This document shows, one piece after another, positions 22,390-30,241 of a stretch of 64,000 nucleotides of DNA (the first letter of the stretch is position 1; each line of letters begins with the position of its first letter). The notes beneath the pieces were generated by a model, which worked only from the letters and a program-made list of their open reading frames with translations, did no database searches and had not been told where the DNA came from. Origin of the DNA: Thauera butanivorans NBRC 103042. Its GTDB lineage: Bacteria > Pseudomonadota > Gammaproteobacteria > Burkholderiales > Rhodocyclaceae. The DNA lies in the NCBI RefSeq assembly GCF_001591165.1, contig NZ_BCUG01000021.1, positions 1 through 64,000 of the forward strand, written 5' to 3'. The position numbers were made by a program, and so were the translations under genes.

Positions 22390-23928
22390 ATGAACCTGCT
22401 TCGCGCCCTCGCCACCGTCAGCGGCATGACGCTGCTGTCCCGCATCCTCGGCTTCGTGCGCGACCTCGTCATCGCCCGCGCCTTCGGCGCCGGCATGGCC
22501 ACCGACGCCTTCTTCGTCGCCTTCCGCCTGCCCAACCTGCTGCGGCGGATGTTCGCCGAAGGTGCATTCTCGCAGGCTTTCGTGCCCATCCTGGCGGAGT
22601 ACAAGAACCGCCAGGGAGCAGAAGCCACCCACACGCTGGTCAGCCGCGTCGCCACCCTGCTCGGGCTGGCCGTCGCCCTCGTCGCTGCATTGGGCGCGCT
22701 GGCCGCGCCGCTGATCATCTATGTTTCGGCACCGGGCTTTTCGGGCGACCCCGGCAAGTTCGAGCTGACGGTCGAACTCACCCGCATCACCTTCCCCTAC
22801 ATCTTCTTCATGTCGCTGGTGGCGCTGGCCGGCGGCGTGCTCAACACCTGGAGCCGCTTCGCGATCCCGGCGTTCACGCCGGTGCTGCTGAACATCGCCT
22901 TCATCGGCATGGCGCTGTTCGCCGTTCCGTACTTCGACCCGCCGGTGCTGGCGCTGGCCTGGGCGGTATTCATCGGCGGCCTGCTGCAGTTGGCGCTGCA
23001 GATCCGGCCGCTGCGCAAGATCGGCATGCTGCCGCGCTTCGACCTCGATCTGTCGGACCCCGGCGTGCGCCGCATCCTGAAGCTGATGGCGCCGGCCATC
23101 CTCGGCGTCTCGGTCAGCCAGATCTCGCTGCTGATCAACACCATCTTCGCCTCCTTCCTCGAAAGCGGCAGCGTGTCCTGGCTGTACTACGCCGACCGCC
23201 TGATGGAATTCCCCGCCGGCCTGCTGGGCGTGGCGCTGGGGACGATCCTGCTGCCCAGCCTGTCCAAACTGCACGCCGACGAGAAGGCGGGCGAGTTCTC
23301 CTCGCTGCTCGACTGGGGGCTGCGCCTGACCTTGATGCTGACCCTGCCCGCCGCCCTGGGCCTGGCGCTGCTGGCGGTGCCGCTGGTGGCGACGCTGTTC
23401 AACTATGGCGCGTTCGGCGCCGGCGACGTGATGCAGACGCGCAGCGCGCTGGTCGCCTACAGCGTCGGCCTCACCGGCCTGATCCTGGTGAAAGTGCTGG
23501 CACCCGGCTTCTACGCCCGCCAGGACATCCGCACGCCGGTCAAGATCGCCATCGTCACGCTGATTGCCACCCAGTTGATGAACCTCGCCTTCATCGTGCC
23601 GCTGCGCCATGCCGGGCTGGCGCTGTCGATCGGGGTGGCGTCCTGCCTCAACGCCGGCCTGCTCTACCACGGCCTGCGCAAGCGCGGCGTCTATGTACCA
23701 CAAGCCGGCTGGGGCCTGTTCGCGCTCAAGCTGCTGGCCGCGCTGGCGGCGATGGGCGCGGTACTGTGGTTCGGCATGGGCGCGGAAACGCTGTGGGTCG
23801 AGATCGGCGGGCTGGAACGCGGCCTGCGCCTGGCTGCCGTGGTGCTTGCCGGCGCCACGGCCTATTTCGCCACGCTGTTCGCGCTCGGCTTCCGCCTGCG
23901 CGATTTCCGCCGCCACGGCGCCGTCTGA
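22390..23928 (+). CDS. murJ: Lipid II flippase MurJ (MviN)
   Basis: [35 protein letters not shown]...[28 protein letters not shown] is a canonical MurJ N-terminus. 512 aa polytopic. Confidence 0.95.
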   Translation: MNLLRALATVSGMTLLSRILGFVRDLVIARAFGAGMATDAFFVAFRLPNLLRRMFAEGAFSQAFVPILAEYKNRQGAEATHTLVSRVATLLGLAVALVAALGALAAPLIIYVSAPGFSGDPGKFELTVELTRITFPYIFFMSLVALAGGVLNTWSRFAIPAFTPVLLNIAFIGMALFAVPYFDPPVLALAWAVFIGGLLQLALQIRPLRKIGMLPRFDLDLSDPGVRRILKLMAPAILGVSVSQISLLINTIFASFLESGSVSWLYYADRLMEFPAGLLGVALGTILLPSLSKLHADEKAGEFSSLLDWGLRLTLMLTLPAALGLALLAVPLVATLFNYGAFGAGDVMQTRSALVAYSVGLTGLILVKVLAPGFYARQDIRTPVKIAIVTLIATQLMNLAFIVPLRHAGLALSIGVASCLNAGLLYHGLRKRGVYVPQAGWGLFALKLLAALAAMGAVLWFGMGAETLWVEIGGLERGLRLAAVVLAGATAYFATLFALGFRLRDFRRHGAV

Positions 23929-23960
23929 GAAATGCGCAACAGCGATCGACGAGGCACGCC

Positions 23961-24881
23961 ATGAAGCTCTACTACGCCGACCATTTCGTGCTGCCGCTGC
24001 CGGAAGGCCATCGCTTTCCGATGGAGAAGTATTCGCGCCTGCGCGCCCGCCTGCTGGCCTGCGACGAATTCGACGAGATCGATTTCGTCGTGCCCGCCGC
24101 CGCCAGCGACGAGGAAATCCTGCGTGCGCACGACGCCGGCTATCTGGCGCGCGTCGTCGCCGGCACGCTGGATGCGGCAGAAGTCCGCCGCATCGGCTTT
24201 CCGTGGTCGGCGGCGATGGTCGAGCGTTCCCGCCGCTCGGCCGGCGCCACGCTCGCCGCCTGCCGCAGCGCACTGGCGGGCGACGGCGGCAGCGCCTGCG
24301 CCGCCAACCTGGCGGGCGGCACTCACCACGCCCACCGCGACTTCGGCTCAGGCTTCTGCGTCTTCAACGACGCCGCCATCGCCGCGCTGGCGATGCGCGC
24401 CGAAGGCCGGGTACGGCGCGTGGCGATCATCGACTGCGACGTACATCAGGGCGACGGTAGCGCCGCGATCCTCGCCGGCGAGCCGGAAGTCTTCACCTGC
24501 AGCCTGCACGGCGCGAAGAATTTCCCCTTCCGCAAGCAGACCAGCGACCTCGACATCGAGCTGCCTGACGACACCGGCGACGCCGCCTACCTGGCGGTAC
24601 TGGACCAGGCGCTGGCAACGACCTTCGCCCGCGCCCGCCCCGAACTCGTGATCTACCTCGCCGGCGCCGACCCCTATGCCGGCGACCGCCTCGGCCGCCT
24701 GGCGCTGAGCATCGACGGCCTGCGGGTGCGTGACGAGCGCGTGCTCGGCGCCTGCCACGGCGCCGGTGTGCCGGTCGCGATCGCGATGGCCGGCGGCTAC
24801 GCCGAGCCGATCGACGACACCGTCAGCATCCACTTCAACACCGTGACCACCGCCGCCCGCCTGCTGCGCAATGGCCGCTGA
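23961..24881 (+). CDS. Histone deacetylase-family amidohydrolase (AcuC/HDAC-like)
   Basis: Start MKLYYADHFVLPLPEGHRFPMEKY at 23961. GFCVFNDAAIA and IIDCDVHQGDG are HDAC zinc-site motifs. Confidence 0.8.
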   Translation: MKLYYADHFVLPLPEGHRFPMEKYSRLRARLLACDEFDEIDFVVPAAASDEEILRAHDAGYLARVVAGTLDAAEVRRIGFPWSAAMVERSRRSAGATLAACRSALAGDGGSACAANLAGGTHHAHRDFGSGFCVFNDAAIAALAMRAEGRVRRVAIIDCDVHQGDGSAAILAGEPEVFTCSLHGAKNFPFRKQTSDLDIELPDDTGDAAYLAVLDQALATTFARARPELVIYLAGADPYAGDRLGRLALSIDGLRVRDERVLGACHGAGVPVAIAMAGGYAEPIDDTVSIHFNTVTTAARLLRNGR

Positions 24882-24906
24882 ACGGCAGCCTGCGCAGGCA
24901 AGCGGG

Positions 24907-25761
24907 ATGCTGCTGATCGGCGTCGATTTCACCTCCGCACCACGCCGGGCCAAGCCGATCACTGCCGCTTTCGGCCGCCTCGCGGGCGAGGAGCCCCAAC
25001 AGAGGAGCGAACCGAGGGTCGAACTGACCGGCCTGGAAGCCTTCGACGACTGGCCCGCTTTCGAAGCCCTGCTCGCCCGTCCCGGCCCCTGGCTCGGCGC
25101 CTTCGATTTCCCCTTCGGCCTGCCGCGCGAAGCGGTCGTCGATCTCGGCTGGCCGCAAAGCTGGCCCGAGCTCGTCCGCCACTGCGCCGCCCTCGGCAAA
25201 GCCGGCTTCCGCGCCGCGCTCGACGCCTACCGTGAATCGCGCCCCGCCGGCCGCCGCTACGCGCACCGCGCCACCGACCTGCCGGCACGCTCGCATAGCC
25301 CGCTGAAGCTGGTGAATCCGCCGGTCGGGCTGATGTTCCTCGAAGGCGCCCCGCGCCTGCTCGCCGCCGGCCTCAGCCTGCCTGGCCTGCACACCGGCGA
25401 TCCGCAGCGGATCGCGCTGGAAGCCTATCCCGGCCTGCTTGCGCGCAGCATCACCCGCGACTCCTATAAAAGCGACGAAAAGCGCAAGCAGACGACCGAG
25501 CGCCGCAACGCCCGCGAGCGCATCCTTGCCGCTCTCGGCACGGGCCACCTGGCAAACGGCCTGCAACTGCAGTTCTCCCCCTCACAGGCCGGCAGCCTGA
25601 TCGACGACGCCAGCGGCGACCATCTCGATGCGGTACTTGCCCTGATGCAGGCAGCAGCCTGCGCACGCGCCGGCGCTCCCCGTTACGGCCTGCCGGCGCA
25701 GACCGATCCGCTCGAAGGCTGGATAGCCGGCACCCCCTATACCGGAAAACATCACATGTAA
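24907..25761 (+). CDS. DUF429 domain protein
   Basis: MLLIGVDFTSAPRRAKPIT resembles the DUF429 N-terminus. The ORF from 24871 overlaps the HDAC stop, so the likely start is ATG 24907. Confidence 0.6.
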   Translation: MLLIGVDFTSAPRRAKPITAAFGRLAGEEPQQRSEPRVELTGLEAFDDWPAFEALLARPGPWLGAFDFPFGLPREAVVDLGWPQSWPELVRHCAALGKAGFRAALDAYRESRPAGRRYAHRATDLPARSHSPLKLVNPPVGLMFLEGAPRLLAAGLSLPGLHTGDPQRIALEAYPGLLARSITRDSYKSDEKRKQTTERRNARERILAALGTGHLANGLQLQFSPSQAGSLIDDASGDHLDAVLALMQAAACARAGAPRYGLPAQTDPLEGWIAGTPYTGKHHM

Positions 25762-25784
25762 TCCCTTGCAGTATCACATGTGAT
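25751..25784 (+). promoter_or_regulatory. Putative operator: two ATCACATGT sites (25751 and 25773) 22 bp apart, the second inside the perfect palindrome ATCACATGTGAT, upstream of the yjfI-like cluster
   Basis: ATCACATGTAAT at 25751-25762 overlaps the DUF429 stop. ATCACATGTGAT at 25773-25784 is a perfect 12-bp palindrome. Both lie in the 40-bp gap before the cluster leader, next to a -10-like TAGAGT. Confidence 0.3.
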
Positions 25785-25990
25785 GCTCTAGAGTATGCCG
25801 CATGGAACGCAAGACATCAGCCTACTACCAACGCCTCCATCGCGCCCGTCTGCGTGAGCAAGGCCTGGTGAAGAAGGAGCTCTGGGTACTGCCCGAGCAC
25901 CTGGAAACGCTGTCCTCGATCGAAAAGAGCATGCGCCAGCCGCGGAGCGCGGCAGGTCTCGTACAACCAGGCCAGGAGAAGGAGAACACG

Positions 25991-26434
25991 ATGACGGAAA
26001 AAGCCCTGTGGACGGTCACCGCCCTGCACGACGCGCTGCGGAGCAACCCGCTGGTGGCTTCGGGCACGGCGCGGCTGGAACTGCTGGATGGCGCCGACCC
26101 CAGCCTGTTGCTGCAGATGCACGAATACGGCGACCTGCCGGTGTTCCTGGCGGTGGTCGGCGAGCACATCGTCGTCGAATCCCTGCTGTGGCCGGTGGCG
26201 CTGGTGCAGGACGTGGCGGTATTCAACGACCAGGTACTGCGCACCCACAAACTCTTCCCGCTGTCGAGCATCAGCATCGAGACCCTGCCCGACGGCGAGG
26301 AGGTCTACATCATGTTCGGCACCCTCAGCGCGGCATCGGGCCTGCCCGACGTGGTGCTCGAAATCGAGACCCTGGCCGACAACGTGATCCGCGCCACCGA
26401 AGCCTTCGAGCCGCAACTGCGCACGGCAGACTGA
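25991..26434 (+). CDS. DUF2170 (YjfI-like) protein
   Basis: MTEKALWTVTALHDA... is 147 aa, YjfI-family in size with a YIMFGTLSA motif. ATG 25991 is preceded by AGGAGAAGGAG. The ORF is open in-frame back to 25802 (63 extra codons), which could be a leader or an N-terminal extension. Confidence 0.65.
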   Translation: MTEKALWTVTALHDALRSNPLVASGTARLELLDGADPSLLLQMHEYGDLPVFLAVVGEHIVVESLLWPVALVQDVAVFNDQVLRTHKLFPLSSISIETLPDGEEVYIMFGTLSAASGLPDVVLEIETLADNVIRATEAFEPQLRTAD

Positions 26435-26471
26435 CGCAGCCAACCGACATTCAGACACCCGGAGAGCAAAG

Positions 26472-27164
26472 ATGAACATGTGGAGCAAGCTGGTGACCGC
26501 GCTGCGCGGCGGCGCACACGAATTGGGCGAAGCGGTGGTGGACGGCCAGGCGCTGCGCATTCTCGACCAGGAAATCCGCGACGCGGATGCCGACCTGCGG
26601 CGCTCGAAAGAAGCGCTGGCCGAGATCATGGCGAAGCAGAAGCTCGCCGAATCGCGCGTGAAGGAACAACAGGCCAGGATCGACGAATACGAGGACTACG
26701 CCATCAAGGCGCTCGAAGCGCAGGACGAGGCGCTGGCGCTGGAAGTCGCAGCCAAGATCGCCACGCTGGAAGCCAGCCGCAACGAGGAAAACGCAGTCGT
26801 TGAACAATACACCGCCAGCGTCGCCGACCTGCGCAAGTCCATCGCCCAGGCCGAGAGCCACATCAAGCGCCTGAAACAGCAGGTGGACATGGTGAAGGCG
26901 ACCGAAAGCGTGCAGCGCGCACAGGCCACCGTGGCCGAACGCTACAGCGGCGCGCAGACACGGGTGCAAACGGCGCTCGATTCGCTCGAACGCATCAAGC
27001 AGAAGCAGGCCGAACGCGGCGCGCGGATGCAGGCAGCGTCGGAGCTGGCACAGGAAAGCGGCGAGGATGCGCTCGACGCCAAACTGCGCAGCGCCGGCAT
27101 CTCCTCCGACACCGGCAGTGCCAACGCGGTGCTGGCACGGCTGAAGGAAAAGCGCGGCGCATGA
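26472..27164 (+). CDS. PspA/IM30-family protein (YjfJ-like)
   Basis: 230 aa, all-helical. LRILDQEIRDADADLRRSKEALAEIMAK...VDMVKATESVQRAQATVA...AVLARLKEKRGA closely parallels E. coli YjfJ and PspA/Vipp1. Confidence 0.85.
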   Translation: MNMWSKLVTALRGGAHELGEAVVDGQALRILDQEIRDADADLRRSKEALAEIMAKQKLAESRVKEQQARIDEYEDYAIKALEAQDEALALEVAAKIATLEASRNEENAVVEQYTASVADLRKSIAQAESHIKRLKQQVDMVKATESVQRAQATVAERYSGAQTRVQTALDSLERIKQKQAERGARMQAASELAQESGEDALDAKLRSAGISSDTGSANAVLARLKEKRGA

Positions 27165-27196
27165 GCTGTTGAAGACACCAGGCACGAGGGACGACC

Positions 27197-27835
27197 TTGG
27201 AAGCATTCCTGAACATTTCGCTTGCCTTTCCCACCGTGGTGTTCAGCTTCATGCTGGCCGTCATGGTGGTGTACTGGCTGATCGCGCTGCTGGGGCTGGC
27301 CGAGATCGAGCTGCTCGACAACCTCGCCCTGCCCGATGGCGACGGACTGCAACTGGAAGGGCTGGCGGGATTGCTGATGCGTCTGGGTCTGGCCGGCATT
27401 CCGCTGACCATCATCCTGACGGTGCTGGTGTTCTTCTGCTGGCTCATCAGCTACTACGCAGCCTGGTTGTTGTCTCCCCTGCTCGGCACAAGCGCAATGC
27501 GTTACCTGCTGGGCTCAGGCATCGCCGCCGGCGCCTTCCTCGCCGCGGTGCCGCTCACCTCGCTGGTGCTGCGGCCGGTGCGCGCCTTGCTGCGCAAGGC
27601 CGCGCCGCCAACCAGCAAAAGCCTGCTCGGCCAGGTCGGCGTGGTGCGCAGTCCCAGCGTGACCGCAGGGCAGGGCTACGCCTGGGTGGAAGACGGCGGC
27701 GCCGGCCTGATCCTGCAAGTGCGCAGTGCGACAGCAGAAGCTGAATTCCAGCGGGGTGCCCGGGTGATACTGATAGAATACGTCAATGACATGAATCTGT
27801 ACCGTGTCGTCGGCGAGGACGAATTCAGGGGCTGA
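27197..27835 (+). CDS. YqiJ-like inner membrane protein (DUF1449) with C-terminal NfeD-like OB-fold
   Basis: 212 aa. Multiple TM helices followed by a soluble segment, GQVGVVRSPSVTAGQGYAWVEDGGAGLILQVRSATAE...VILIEYVNDMNLYRVVG, typical of NfeD/YqiJ flotillin partners. Its stop TGA overlaps ATG 27835. Confidence 0.7.
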   Translation: MEAFLNISLAFPTVVFSFMLAVMVVYWLIALLGLAEIELLDNLALPDGDGLQLEGLAGLLMRLGLAGIPLTIILTVLVFFCWLISYYAAWLLSPLLGTSAMRYLLGSGIAAGAFLAAVPLTSLVLRPVRALLRKAAPPTSKSLLGQVGVVRSPSVTAGQGYAWVEDGGAGLILQVRSATAEAEFQRGARVILIEYVNDMNLYRVVGEDEFRG

Positions 27836-27903
27836 TGCCAGTCACATGCGACGAAACGTCCGGACTCCATGAACCAAGCAATGAACAAGCAGGGAGCATT
27901 TCA

Positions 27904-29967
27904 ATGAATCTGGCACAGGTCATGCCATTCCTGATCGGCGTGGGCACATTCGTACTGGTCGTGATCGGCCTTTTCGCGCTGTTCAAGGCCTTCTACATCA
28001 AGGTGCCGCAAGGCACGGCGCTGATCGTCAACGATCTGTCGGCGACACCCAAGGTGCATTTCACCGGCGCGCTGGTCTACCCGGTGATCTACAAGAAGGA
28101 GTTCATGCGGATCTCCCTGATCACGCTGGAAGTGGATCGGCGCGGCAAGGACGGCCTGATCTGCCGCGACAACATGCGCGCCGACATCACCGTGGCCTTC
28201 TACCTGCGCGTGAATGAAACCCAGGAAGACGTGCTGAAGGTCGCCAAGGCCATCGGCGTGGAGCGCGCATCGGACAAGGCGGCAGTCAACGAACTGTTCA
28301 ACGCCAAGTTCTCCGAGGCGCTGAAGACGGTCGGCAAGCAGATCGACTTCGTCAAGCTGTTCGAGAACCGCCAGGAATTCCGCGACCGCATCATCGAGGT
28401 GATCGGCAACGACCTCAACGGCTACGTCCTCGAGGACGTGGCGATCGACTACCTGGAGCAGACGCCAAAGGCCTCGCTCGACCCGCACAACATTCTCGAC
28501 GCCGAGGGCATCCGCAAGATCACCGAGCTGACCGCCGCGCAGAACATCATCACCAACGAACTCGAACGCAACGAGGAACTGGCGATCACCAAGAAGAACG
28601 TCGAGACGCGCGAAGCCATGCTCGCGCTGGAACGCCAGCAGGCCGACGCCGAAGCGCGGCAGAAGCGCGAAGTGGCGACCGTGCAGGCGCGCGAACAGGC
28701 CGAGATCCTGCGCGTGCAGGAAGAAGAACGCCTGAAGGCCGAGCAGGCGCGCATCCAGACCCAGGAACAGATCGACATCCGCGAGGAAAACGCCAACCGC
28801 GAAGTCGAGGTCGCCGAACAGAACCGCGAACGCGCCGTCGTCATCGAGAAGGAAAAGGTCGTGCGCGCGCAGCAACTGGAAATCGTCGCCCGCGAACGCG
28901 ACGTGGAACTCCAGCGCATCGAGAAGGAAAAGGCGCTGGAAGAGCAGCGCACCCACATCGCCAACGTGATCCGCGAACGCATCGCGGTCGAGAAGACCGT
29001 GGCAATCGAGGAAGAGCGCATCAAGGAAGTGCGCGAAGTGTCGGAAGCCGAACGCCTCAAGCAGGTGACGGTGCTGGCTGCGCAAGCCCAGGCGGAAGAG
29101 GAACTGGTGCGCCAGGTGAAGAAGGCCTCTGCCGACGAGGATTCGGCACGCCACCGCGCAGTGGAACTCACCGTGCTCGCGCAGGCCGAGCTGGAAGCTG
29201 CCGCCAAGCAGGCCGAAGCCAAGAAGAAGCTCGCCGAAGGCATCGAAGCCGAGCGCGCTGCACCAGGGCTGGCCGATGCACGCGTGCGCGAAGTGACTGC
29301 CGCGGCGATCGAGAAGGAAGGCATGGCCGCAGCGCATGTGACCGCCGAAAAACTGATCGCCGAAGCCAAGGGCGAGCAGGAAAAGGGCCTGGCGCAGGCG
29401 CGCGTCACCGAGGCACTGGCCGACGCCAAGGAGAAGGAAGGCCTGGCCGATGCCAAGGTCCTCGAAGAACGCCTGCTTGCCCAGGCGCGGGGCGAGAGCG
29501 AGCTCGGCGCAGCCAAGGCCAAGGTCACGCAGCAGGTCGGCGGAGCCGAGGCCGAAGTACTGCGCGAGAAGTTCATCGCCGAAGCCCAGGGCCTGGTGGA
29601 GAAATTCGCCGCGCTCGCCAGCCTCAGCGACAACGCCCGCGCCCACGAGGAATTCCGCATGCAGCTCGAGAAGAACTTCGAACAGGCGATCGCCGGCATC
29701 GATGCCAGCAAGCACATCGCCCGCGAGCAGGCCGAAGTGCTGTCGTCGGCGCTGTCCAAGGCCAACATCGACATCGTCGGCGGCGAAGGCGCCTTCTTCG
29801 ACCAGTTCGCCAAAGGCTTGTCGGTCGGCAAGTTCATCGAGGGCGTGGCCGGCAAGAGCCCCATCGTCGACGAGCTGCTGCAGCGCTTCACCAGCGGCGG
29901 CAAGGCAGACCTGCCCAGGGCGCTGGACCAGGCCACGGCGCCTGGGCAAGCCGACCGCAATTCGTGA
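27904..29967 (+). CDS. Flotillin-family SPFH/Band-7 protein (YqiK/FloT-like)
   Basis: N-terminal TM segment (LIGVGTFVLVVIGLFALF). SPFH domain (KVPQGTALIV...RADITVAFYLRVNE...). Long EA-rich coiled-coil flotillin tail. Start at ATG 27904 with GGGAG SD. An alternative coupled start is ATG 27835 (TGATG overlap with the upstream gene). Confidence 0.9.
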   Translation: MNLAQVMPFLIGVGTFVLVVIGLFALFKAFYIKVPQGTALIVNDLSATPKVHFTGALVYPVIYKKEFMRISLITLEVDRRGKDGLICRDNMRADITVAFYLRVNETQEDVLKVAKAIGVERASDKAAVNELFNAKFSEALKTVGKQIDFVKLFENRQEFRDRIIEVIGNDLNGYVLEDVAIDYLEQTPKASLDPHNILDAEGIRKITELTAAQNIITNELERNEELAITKKNVETREAMLALERQQADAEARQKREVATVQAREQAEILRVQEEERLKAEQARIQTQEQIDIREENANREVEVAEQNRERAVVIEKEKVVRAQQLEIVARERDVELQRIEKEKALEEQRTHIANVIRERIAVEKTVAIEEERIKEVREVSEAERLKQVTVLAAQAQAEEELVRQVKKASADEDSARHRAVELTVLAQAELEAAAKQAEAKKKLAEGIEAERAAPGLADARVREVTAAAIEKEGMAAAHVTAEKLIAEAKGEQEKGLAQARVTEALADAKEKEGLADAKVLEERLLAQARGESELGAAKAKVTQQVGGAEAEVLREKFIAEAQGLVEKFAALASLSDNARAHEEFRMQLEKNFEQAIAGIDASKHIAREQAEVLSSALSKANIDIVGGEGAFFDQFAKGLSVGKFIEGVAGKSPIVDELLQRFTSGGKADLPRALDQATAPGQADRNS

Positions 29968-30007
29968 CCCGCGGACAGACCCTGATCACACTGTGTCAGC
30001 AGTGAAA

Positions 30008-30100
30008 GTAGGATGGGTAGAGCGCAGCGAAACCCATCAATGGCAAAGGCAGAGTTTTTACCGATGTGATGGGTTTCGCCTTCGGCTCTACCCATCCTAC
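30008..30100. repeat. 93-bp imperfect inverted repeat (about 32-bp arms, 27-nt spacer) in the flotillin / giant-gene intergenic region
   Basis: Left arm gtaggatgggtagagc-gcag-cgaaacccatca (30008-30039). Right arm tgatgggtttcg-ccttcg-gctctacccatcctac (30067-30100). The arms are near-perfect reverse complements. Confidence 0.45.
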
Positions 30101-30241
30101 CCCGCCACTCCTGCAAAAGTATTCAGCAGGTAGGTCGCAGACTCCATACACGACACGTCACCCATCTCGCCGACACCCTCTTGCCTACCCCCATATCCGC
30201 CTTCAATTCAAGCAAGCCAATTCCCGAAGCGAAGAACGACG

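Noticed and set aside
22054-24273. 739-aa minus-strand ORF antisense to murJ
   Set aside because: MurJ on the plus strand is unambiguous. The antisense product is an Arg/Gly/Gln repeat with no domain.
25741-25800. Whether the CACATGTG palindrome is simply an E-box-like chance occurrence
   Set aside because: I kept it as a finding, not a dismissal. The same 9-mer recurs twice within 34 bp, once inside a perfect 12-bp palindrome, exactly at a promoter position. A chance occurrence cannot be excluded without genome-wide counts.
27901-30116. 682-aa and 555-aa minus-strand ORFs antisense to the flotillin gene
   Set aside because: The flotillin SPFH domain and coiled-coil tail on the plus strand are clear. 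The EA-rich coiled-coil codons generate long open antisense frames.
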